32,000 nt of DNA from Pseudothioglobus sp. nBUS_23 (lineage in GTDB: Bacteria; Pseudomonadota; Gammaproteobacteria; PS1; Pseudothioglobaceae): contig NZ_CP179200.1 of assembly GCF_051201565.1 (NCBI RefSeq), positions 390,001 through 422,000 of the forward strand. Reading direction: 5' to 3'. Both the position numbers and the translations under genes were made by a program. Shown here one piece after another: positions 19,535-26,588 of the stretch (positions are counted from its first letter, which is position 1; every line of letters begins with the position of its first letter). The notes under the pieces were generated by a model. The model did no database searches. It saw only the letters and a program-made list of their open reading frames with translations, and was not told where the DNA came from.

Positions 19535-20463
19535 TGTTAAATTTATTACAAATAGTAATTTTATCTAGAGATCGGCCTAATTTCCTAAGCAAAACTATAG
19601 AGTCCGCAACTAATCTTAATGCATCTGATATATCTTATGAAATAATTATTTCAGATAATTCCGAATCAGATGATGTAAACAATCTATTCAAAGAAAACTA
19701 TTCTAAAAGCCATAAAATTTCATATAGAAGAAGGTTTCCAACGATTTCTTCAAGTAGCCATTATCAATTAGTAATTGAAGAGTTAAAGTCTGAGTATGCC
19801 GTAATTTTTCATGATGATGATATTTTTCATCCTGACTATTTGTTGAAAGTAAGTTCAATTTTATCAAATCAATCTTTTTCTGCTATTGGTTGCAATGCAC
19901 TAGTTTTTAAAAAGGAAATTGAAGATGGTTTTAAAAAAATGCATGATTTTAGTCAAATCAAAAAATTTAATAGAAAAAAAGATTTTATTAGACAATACTT
20001 AGTTGGAAATGGTGGTGTTGCGCCTTTTCCGGGGTATCTTTATAAGACTGAATATTTAAAAAAAATTTCATTTTTAGACTTACCATCCGGTAAGCACGCA
20101 GATGTTGCATTATTAGCATCACTAATTAATTATGGTGAAATTATATGGCTTGTTGAAACATTAATATACTACAGAGCGCATGTCGGTAGTGATAGTGCAT
20201 CTGAAGTTTTAGTAGATAGGTTGTCGTTATTGAGATACATGTTTTCTAATGGGATAAGCAGAAGTTCAAAATCAGTTTTTTTATTTAGATATTTTTATTG
20301 GTTTAACTGGCTAAGTCAAAAAGGTTTATCCACTAAAGATATTTCTAATTGGCGTTATCGTAAAGCTTTAAAATTTTTATTTTTTAGCGGCCCTAGATTT
20401 ATATTTTCCACGTATTTTATTAAAGTAATTCTAAAAAGAGTTAAAAATAAATTAACCAATTAA
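19534..20463 (+). CDS. Glycosyltransferase family 2
   Basis: The N-terminal GT-A pattern is present (IVILSRDRPNFLSKTIES...IIISDNSESDD, plus a DxD-type HDDDIF). Its start overlaps the previous stop (TAATG). Confidence 0.7.
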   Translation: MLNLLQIVILSRDRPNFLSKTIESATNLNASDISYEIIISDNSESDDVNNLFKENYSKSHKISYRRRFPTISSSSHYQLVIEELKSEYAVIFHDDDIFHPDYLLKVSSILSNQSFSAIGCNALVFKKEIEDGFKKMHDFSQIKKFNRKKDFIRQYLVGNGGVAPFPGYLYKTEYLKKISFLDLPSGKHADVALLASLINYGEIIWLVETLIYYRAHVGSDSASEVLVDRLSLLRYMFSNGISRSSKSVFLFRYFYWFNWLSQKGLSTKDISNWRYRKALKFLFFSGPRFIFSTYFIKVILKRVKNKLTN

Positions 20464-20505
20464 CTCACTAAAATAGACCATACAAAACTACTCCACAGTA
20501 ACTCA
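20452..20505. repeat. glmS-3'-end-like bipartite module, copy 1 (pseudo-att)
   Basis: It consists of ttaaccaat (20452-20460), 23 nt of spacer, and aaaactactccacagtaactca (20484-20505). The minus strand reads GTT ACT GTG GAG TAG TTTT, which is V-T-V-E-stop. Confidence 0.65.
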
Positions 20506-20897
20506 GAAGTATTGAGGACATTCTTGGAATAAGCAATGATTTGATAATATTTATATTACATTACCCTTAATTTCTTATAAACAACTTTTCCTTCATATCT
20601 TATGACAACTTACTTTTATTGAATTTACTATTTACTCCTAATCTTATTCACCTTTTAAAATAACTAATCATATAAGTAAATTTAAATTTTTATTATTAAT
20701 TCATTTTATGAATTTGTTTTTGTTATTTAAAAAAATTTTTAGTAATTATCAATTTTAGAATTACTGAAATTTAAATTTTAAAGTAATGGATAATTGACAT
20801 TATAAAATTATTTGATTTAAGAATTTTTTTTGGAGTTTTGCTGCTTTTTCAATATTATTTTGAGAAAGAATTTTATGTCTAAAATGGAGTTTAATTC

Positions 20898-23456
20898 ATG
20901 AAAATTGTTATTACTGGTGGGCTGGGATATATTGGGACAGAACTATGCAAGTTATATTCTGGAGAAGCCAGATTTAAAGAAATAATTGTAATTGATAATA
21001 TATTTGCATCCGAGAGGGTCTCACAATTAAGGAATTGGGGGATAAATTTCATTCATGGAGATATTCTTGACTTGCCTTTAATCAAAGAAGTCTTGAAAGA
21101 TTCTGATATTGTTTACCATTTAGCTGGAATCACTGATGTTGCATCAACAAAAACCGAAGCCAAAGAGGATAAAGAGCGGTTAATAGAAGAAGTTGGTATT
21201 ACTGGCACAAGAAATGTAATTAACTCAATGTCAAAAAATGCAAAATTAATTTTCCCTTCCACCCATGTTGTTTATGAAGGTTTAAAGGAAACTAAATTTG
21301 ATATTGTTGAAACTGAACCTCTTCTTCCTGTTCTTTCATATTCTACTGGGAAGGCTGAATCCGAGATAGATATTCAAAATTCAAAAGTAAATTATGTTAT
21401 CTTGAGGCTTGCAACTGTTTTTGGATATTCTGCTGCAGATACGATGCGAATAAACATTATGCCAAATTTGTTTTCTAAGATTGCCTCTCAAAATGGAACT
21501 ATTAGGCTTTTTTCTGGTGGAAAGCAACATAAAAGTTTAGTTTCGGTTTTTGATGTTGTCCGATCGATGAAGTTTATGGCAGAAAAGAATGACATTTCGA
21601 GAGAAGTTTTTCACTGTTCAAGTGATAATACTACAGTAAAGAAAGTTGCTGAGATTTGTAAAGAAATTAATAGTGAAGTTAAATTAATTGAGACTGATGA
21701 TGAGATCCCTAATTTAGGATATACAACATCAAACAAAAAAATTCTGTCTACTGGGTTTGATTTTAGATATCCTTTGAAGGAATCCCTAAAGGAAATGATT
21801 AAGCATTGGTCCAAGAAAAATCAATTTAATACTTTAGAGTTAATTCAAAAAGGACAGAAAGAGTTTATTGATGATAGGGGAAAGATAAGTAATTTTGAGC
21901 TAACTGAGCCAATAAATTTAATTGGCTATATTGAGTCAAAAGCAGGTACTGTGAGGGCAAATCATTATCATCCAATTCAAGAGCAAAAATGTTTGTTAAT
22001 TTCAGGACAATATATTAGTGTACTAAAAGACTTGTCTGATTCAAATTCTGTAATTGAGACAAATATCATTAATCCAGGAGACATAGCAGTTATACATCCT
22101 CATGTTGCACATACGATGGTTTTCCTAGAGGATTCTGTTTTTCTTAATCTCGTTAGAGGGGAAAGAGAGCATGAAAACTATGGAGTCACTCATACTATCT
22201 TTTACGAGCTTGTCAATGAAAGCTTTAGAAAGCAGATTGTTGATTATTACAAGGCTGAGTGTAGAGTTTGTGGAAGAAAAGACCTTAGAGAAGTAATTTC
22301 ACTGGGGTTGTCACCACTAGCAAATAGCTTATTAAAAGAAAAGAGTCAAGCTGAAACTTTATATCCATTAGAGTTGAACTCATGCCCAAACTGCTTTAAT
22401 TGCCAACTTTCATTTACGGTTCCAGCTAATGAAATGTTTGATGATTATCTTTATGTTTCTTCTACAAGTAAAGTTTTTAGAGATCATTTTTCAGAAATGG
22501 CAATTAAGTTCATTAAAGACTTTAAATTAGATGAAAAAAGTTTCGTTGTGGACATTGGCAGCAATGATGGAGTTTTTTTGGCTCCATTGAAAAATGCCGG
22601 TGTTAGTGTTTTAGGAGTTGACCCAGCAAAAAATTTAGCTGACTTAGCAAATTCAAAGGGTTTAGATACTATGCATGGTTATTTCAATAGCCAAATAGCT
22701 GATGAAATCATTTTGTTAAAAGGAAAGGCTGATATTGTAACTGCATTCAATGTTTTTGCTCATGCGGATGATTTGAAATCAATTGCAAAAAATGTTTTTA
22801 AAATCATGAAGAAAAACGGTGTTTTTATTATTGAAGTTCAATATTTTGCAGATACAATAAGAGACCTCACATTTGATAATATTTATCATGAACATGTTAA
22901 TTATTGGTCTGTTAATTCGCTGCAATTTTTTTGTAATAGTCTAAATTTAATTTTAGTGAAAATAGAGCATGTTGAAACTCATGGTGGCTCAATTAGGGCA
23001 TTTATATCTCAAAATGATAAGTTAATTGATAAAAGTGTTGAAGAATTCCTTACAGAAGAAAAAAAGCAAGATTTGCATTCTTTTTCAACCCTGAAAAAAT
23101 TTGCAACTAGAATTGGTGAATTAAAAAACTCAACTATAACCAAAATTAATCATCTGAAATCCCAAGGGAAAACAATCGTTGGCTATGGGTCTCCAGCAAA
23201 GGCTACTACTGTTCTCAATTATTATGGCATTGATAATGAGATTATTGACTATATTATTGAAGATAATGAATTAAAACATAACCTGTTTCTCCCTGGAATG
23301 AGAATACCAATCAAATCAAAGTCTGAAGCTTTGAGAAATCCTCCTGACTTCATATTAGTTTTAGCTTGGAATTTTTTAGAGGATATTAAGGCTAATAATC
23401 CTGAATTAATTCAGAAAGGAAGTAAATTTATTACTCTTAAGGATTTAAATTGGTAG
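20898..23456 (+). CDS. Tri-domain fusion: extended SDR + cupin (CapF/WxcM-like) + NDP-hexose C-methyltransferase (TylCIII/NovU type)
   Basis: Residues 1 to ~310 carry ITGGLGYIGTEL and YSTGK. Residues ~320-440 are a cupin (DDRGKISNF...RANHYH...HPHVAHTM). From residue ~450 there is a Cys4 zinc region (CRVCG...CPNCFNC), a SAM motif (VVDIGSNDGVF) and the C-methyltransferase C-terminal domain (IVGYGSPAKATTVLNYYGI). A GGAG Shine-Dalgarno lies 8 nt upstream of the ATG. Confidence 0.8.
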   Translation: MKIVITGGLGYIGTELCKLYSGEARFKEIIVIDNIFASERVSQLRNWGINFIHGDILDLPLIKEVLKDSDIVYHLAGITDVASTKTEAKEDKERLIEEVGITGTRNVINSMSKNAKLIFPSTHVVYEGLKETKFDIVETEPLLPVLSYSTGKAESEIDIQNSKVNYVILRLATVFGYSAADTMRINIMPNLFSKIASQNGTIRLFSGGKQHKSLVSVFDVVRSMKFMAEKNDISREVFHCSSDNTTVKKVAEICKEINSEVKLIETDDEIPNLGYTTSNKKILSTGFDFRYPLKESLKEMIKHWSKKNQFNTLELIQKGQKEFIDDRGKISNFELTEPINLIGYIESKAGTVRANHYHPIQEQKCLLISGQYISVLKDLSDSNSVIETNIINPGDIAVIHPHVAHTMVFLEDSVFLNLVRGEREHENYGVTHTIFYELVNESFRKQIVDYYKAECRVCGRKDLREVISLGLSPLANSLLKEKSQAETLYPLELNSCPNCFNCQLSFTVPANEMFDDYLYVSSTSKVFRDHFSEMAIKFIKDFKLDEKSFVVDIGSNDGVFLAPLKNAGVSVLGVDPAKNLADLANSKGLDTMHGYFNSQIADEIILLKGKADIVTAFNVFAHADDLKSIAKNVFKIMKKNGVFIIEVQYFADTIRDLTFDNIYHEHVNYWSVNSLQFFCNSLNLILVKIEHVETHGGSIRAFISQNDKLIDKSVEEFLTEEKKQDLHSFSTLKKFATRIGELKNSTITKINHLKSQGKTIVGYGSPAKATTVLNYYGIDNEIIDYIIEDNELKHNLFLPGMRIPIKSKSEALRNPPDFILVLAWNFLEDIKANNPELIQKGSKFITLKDLNW

Positions 23457-23472
23457 TCATCTCATTCCTTGC

Positions 23473-23537
23473 TTAACCAATGAAGAGATTTGAGATAGCT
23501 CAAAAGATTCCATGTAAAACTACTCAACAGTAGCAGA
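23473..23537. repeat. glmS-3'-end-like bipartite module, copy 2 (pseudo-att)
   Basis: It consists of ttaaccaat (23473-23481), 34 nt of spacer, and aaaactactcaacagtagcaga (23516-23537). Sixteen nt are identical to the real glmS end. The minus strand reads TCT GCT ACT GTT GAG TAG, which is S-A-T-V-E-stop. Confidence 0.7.
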
Positions 23538-23543
23538 CTGAAT

Positions 23544-23888
23544 TTGAAGGTACATCAAATACCTGAGATTATTCCATACCTCGAGTTTTCAATGGAGTTC
23601 CAATCCAACAAACTCATCTATCAAAAAGAATACACTAAACGACAACAAATCATTTATCTTCTTATTCATCATCTTCACGATACAGAAGGGTGGGGTTACA
23701 GAAAGATATCACAATGGTTGAATCAGAGTGGAATAAAGACCTATAGAGGGAAGAACTGGTTCACTTCATCTGTTATCTCAGTCTTAAAGAGAAAACACGA
23801 AAGAGACCTAATTAATGAACAGATCAGAAATCAACATTTCCCAAGCAAGGTCTCAAAGTTTGAGGTGAATTACTATGTTTTTGATTGA
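23544..23888 (+). CDS. Small protein consisting only of a 'Recombinase' domain (probable remnant of a large serine recombinase)
   Basis: The sequence QQIIYLLIHHLHDTEGWGYRKISQWLNQSGIKTYRGKNWFTSSVISVLKRK follows the recombinase-domain pattern (helper-protein-like HTH ... G..W....V..iL.n). There is no room upstream for a catalytic resolvase domain. The start is ambiguous between the TTG at 23544 and the ATG at 23592. Confidence 0.5.
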   Translation: MKVHQIPEIIPYLEFSMEFQSNKLIYQKEYTKRQQIIYLLIHHLHDTEGWGYRKISQWLNQSGIKTYRGKNWFTSSVISVLKRKHERDLINEQIRNQHFPSKVSKFEVNYYVFD

Positions 23889-23931
23889 ATAGAATAGTAC
23901 AATAAATTCATAGTTCAAAAAGAATGATTTT

Positions 23932-24219
23932 ATGGGTTATGAAATAGGATTTTTATTGGGGTCAATGGTCGACCCTTCAATGCTAATTGGTTCTTTATTA
24001 ATTGGAATCTTTGTTAAGTCATACTCAAAAGTTATTTTCTTTGCTATTTTGTATACAATAGTTATTGAAGTAATTCTGCTCTACGTAATGAGCAGACTTG
24101 AAATATATCATACGATTTTTGTATATAGATTTATTGGAACAATAATAGAGGCAAGTATATTTTTCGGTCTTAAATCTATATTTAAAAAAAAGGACAAAAA
24201 TACTAACGAATTATTATGA
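23932..24219 (+). CDS. Small integral membrane protein (about three predicted transmembrane helices), function unknown
   Basis: The 95-aa protein has three long hydrophobic stretches and a lysine-rich tail. Its stop overlaps the next start (ATGA). Confidence 0.55.
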   Translation: MGYEIGFLLGSMVDPSMLIGSLLIGIFVKSYSKVIFFAILYTIVIEVILLYVMSRLEIYHTIFVYRFIGTIIEASIFFGLKSIFKKKDKNTNELL

Positions 24220-24956
24220 AAAAACTACTCATACTTCTATTCTCATTGCTAATTTCCTTTAACTCTTATGGAAAATGGTCTCATATAGTCTCTAATGATA
24301 GTGATGGAGGTTCTAGGTTTTATGTTGACAATGAAACAATAATAGAAAAAGATAATCAAATTTTTTATTGGGAGTTACATGATTATTCTTCTTATCTGTA
24401 TGTATCAGATGATGATACTACACCAATATGGAGTGTTGCTGTTTATAAGCAGTTAGATTGTTCATCAAAACGAATGAAGTATATATCAGTTAAATATTAT
24501 CAGCAAAATATGGGTCAAAAATTCTATGAGTCAGAAGATGCTTCTCACATGGGATGGCAATATGAACCTCCAGGAAGCACTGGATATATCCTTGCTAATT
24601 ATGTTTGTGAATTATTTAGTCAAAAGTCTGAGTGGTTACCTATTGGTGAAAACAATGGGAATAGTGCTTATATAGGAGAAACCAATGTCACTGATGAGTT
24701 TGTATATTTCTGGCATATGATTGATTTTGATAAACCCCTTGAGTCAGGTTCAAAGAGTGGAAAAACATATAAACAGGGAGATTGTAAAACAAAACGTACT
24801 AAAGTTTTATCTTATAATTTTTATGGACTTCCGATGGGTATAGGAGATTATAAAACTGAGAATGTCACAAATCCTGAGTGGACTGATTTAGATCCAAATA
24901 GTGCTTTGGGAGGTTTCTTTGAAATGTTATGTGACTATATTGAAAATAATAGTTAA
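24216..24956 (+). CDS. Secreted protein with two tandem copies of a surface-adhesin-protein-E-like domain
   Basis: The Sec signal is MKKLLILLFSLLISFNSYG. Two internally related halves follow (W..I....G..FYVD...FYWEL...DC.SKR.K.. and W..IG...N.AYIGE...VYFWHMIDF...DCKTKRTK..), each with a Cys pair. Confidence 0.55.
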   Translation: MKKLLILLFSLLISFNSYGKWSHIVSNDSDGGSRFYVDNETIIEKDNQIFYWELHDYSSYLYVSDDDTTPIWSVAVYKQLDCSSKRMKYISVKYYQQNMGQKFYESEDASHMGWQYEPPGSTGYILANYVCELFSQKSEWLPIGENNGNSAYIGETNVTDEFVYFWHMIDFDKPLESGSKSGKTYKQGDCKTKRTKVLSYNFYGLPMGIGDYKTENVTNPEWTDLDPNSALGGFFEMLCDYIENNS

Positions 24957-24971
24957 TATGAAAAAAAATAA

Positions 24972-26534
24972 ATGAAAAAACTACTCATTTTTCTATTCTC
25001 TATTCTGATCTCCTTTAATTCTTATGGTGAAGTAGAACTAGATTTTTCATTGGACACTTTTTGTGAGGAATCACCCAAAGTACAAGTAAGAAATAATCTT
25101 TACTTTCTTCCAAATACAGAAAAACCATACTCTGGAAAAACACTTTGTGTTTATTCAAGTAATGGTCAATACTTCAGTCAAGGAAATATTAAGAAAGGAC
25201 TTTGGGATGGAAAAATTACTTTTTGGTTTGAAAATGGTCAGAAATGGAAAGAGGAAAATTGGAGTAACGGAGTTATCAATGGAAAGTGGTTAATTTGGCA
25301 TAAAAATGGTCAGTTAGAATCAGAGTTAAATTTCAAAGACAACAATGAAGATGGTAAACAGACTTCTTGGTATGAAGATGGTCAGATAAGATGGGACTCT
25401 AATTACAAAAATGGAATGGCAGATGGTTTATTCACTTGGTGGCATGAAGATGGTCAGAAAAAATCTGAGATAACATACAAAGACAATAGTTTAGTTAATC
25501 AAACTCAATATGCTTATAACAATAATTCACAGATACTTTCTATAAAAAATTACTCTGGACTACCTAATGATGAGAACCTAGAAAGTGAGACTGATTACTC
25601 ATACTATGCTAATGGTCAAATACAAAGTGAAATAACCTGGAAAAATGACATTGAGGATGGTAAGACTATTGGTTGGTATGAGGATGGTAAAAAAAGTTAT
25701 GAGTACACAAATCAAGAAGGGAAGTTGGAAGGAAAATGGTTAGAATGGAATGAAAAAGGTCATCTAATTAAAGAAAACATCTATGAAAATGATATTTTAA
25801 TTAGTGAAACCAAAGTTAAATTTTATTATTATGATAATGGTCAAATAGAAACAGAGATTACTTATTTAAATGGTAAAGAAGATGGAATAAGTAAATACTA
25901 TTATGAAGATGGTTTACTAGGTCAAGAGTCGAGTTACAAGAATGGCAAACTTCATGGTAAATCTACAAGTTGGTATCCAAATGGTCAGATAGAGTATGAA
26001 GAGTATTGGAAAGATGATAATCCTGATGGAAATTGGACTCAGTGGAATAAAAACGGTGAAAAACTGTCAGAGGGAAATTTCAAAGATGGGAATGGTTACT
26101 TTCTTGGGTTGTACGAAAACAAACAAAAATACTATGATTTTATTTTAAGAGATAGTCGTCTAACAAGCACTTGGTGGTATGAGAATGGTCAAAAACAGAA
26201 AGAAAGAAGTTGGAATAAAGATTCTAACCTAGATGGCAAATGGACTGAGTGGGATGAGGATGGTCTGACAACTTTAATAAAAAATTACAAAGATGGAACT
26301 TTAGTTGTCGAAACTGGATACTTATATTATGAAAATGGTCAAAAATCACAAGAAAACATTTACAAAGATGATGTTGAAATTAAAACTGAGTGGGATGAAA
26401 CTGGTCAGATAAGAACAGAGGAGCATTACAAAGATGGAAAGTATGATGGTAAGGTGACTGGATGGGATGAAAATGGTCAGATATATTCAGAGTCAAATTG
26501 GAAAGACGGTGAATGCATCAGTGGAGACTGTTAA
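24972..26534 (+). CDS. Secreted MORN-variant (YwqK-type) repeat protein
   Basis: The signal peptide is MKKLLIFLFSILISFNSYG. About 20 degenerate repeats of the W(Y/H)E(N/D)GQ(K/I)..E..(Y/W)K(D/N)G..(D/H)G type follow. Confidence 0.7.
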   Translation: MKKLLIFLFSILISFNSYGEVELDFSLDTFCEESPKVQVRNNLYFLPNTEKPYSGKTLCVYSSNGQYFSQGNIKKGLWDGKITFWFENGQKWKEENWSNGVINGKWLIWHKNGQLESELNFKDNNEDGKQTSWYEDGQIRWDSNYKNGMADGLFTWWHEDGQKKSEITYKDNSLVNQTQYAYNNNSQILSIKNYSGLPNDENLESETDYSYYANGQIQSEITWKNDIEDGKTIGWYEDGKKSYEYTNQEGKLEGKWLEWNEKGHLIKENIYENDILISETKVKFYYYDNGQIETEITYLNGKEDGISKYYYEDGLLGQESSYKNGKLHGKSTSWYPNGQIEYEEYWKDDNPDGNWTQWNKNGEKLSEGNFKDGNGYFLGLYENKQKYYDFILRDSRLTSTWWYENGQKQKERSWNKDSNLDGKWTEWDEDGLTTLIKNYKDGTLVVETGYLYYENGQKSQENIYKDDVEIKTEWDETGQIRTEEHYKDGKYDGKVTGWDENGQIYSESNWKDGECISGDC

Positions 26535-26588
26535 TTAACCAATTTCACCAATTTTAATGTACAACCAAAACTACTCAACAGTTACTGA
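26535..26588. repeat. Bipartite module copy 3: the authentic glmS stop region plus its downstream flank
   Basis: It consists of ttaaccaat (26535-26543), 23 nt of spacer, and aaaactactcaacagttactga (26567-26588). The minus strand reads TCA GTA ACT GTT GAG TAG, the real GlmS C-terminus S-V-T-V-E-stop. Confidence 0.75.

Larger units (their letters stand above)
20484..26588. mobile_element. Putative composite insertion array at the glmS 3' end (two ~3-kb cassettes bounded by three att-like repeats)
   Basis: Three direct, same-orientation copies of the module are present. Each lies immediately after the stop of the last + strand gene of its segment. A recombinase-domain remnant abuts copy 2. The cargo genes are unrelated in function to their neighbours. 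Confidence 0.5.

Noticed and set aside
868-21814. Short antisense or off-frame ORFs in the track: 868-1143, 4091-4321, 4660-4929, 5541-5828, 6256-6465, 8142-8486, 9051-9236, 11667-11852, 11874-12110, 13810-14148, 15552-15779, 16772-17107, 17607-17888, 18496-18684, 21611-21814, and also 30158-30439
   Set aside because: Each is fully embedded in a longer ORF with convincing family motifs. Their translations are low-complexity or hydrophobic noise typical of AT-rich antisense frames. None has a recognisable motif.
24219-24987. The 11-mer aaaactactca (the first part of the att-like core) also occurs at the 5' ends of both secreted-protein genes
   Set aside because: There it is simply the codons for K-K-L-L of the shared signal peptide. 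It diverges immediately afterwards and has no accompanying ttaaccaat block. I treated it as coincidence or paralogy, not as extra att sites.
23457-26570. A Tn7-like transposon inserted at attTn7 downstream of glmS
   Set aside because: The location fits, because Tn7-type elements target the conserved glmS 3' end. However, there are no tnsABCD-like genes. I saw no terminal TGT...ACA ends with arrays of ~22-bp transposase-binding repeats. Tn7 makes a 5-bp target duplication downstream of the stop, not a duplication of the glmS coding end.
20452-26588. An integron-type cassette array, with each ORF followed by a recombination site
   Set aside because: The layout is superficially similar. However, there is no intI-type tyrosine integrase. 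The modules are not imperfect palindromes like attC, and I could not find RYYYAAC/GTTRRRY core sites. They are instead copies of a coding 3' end.
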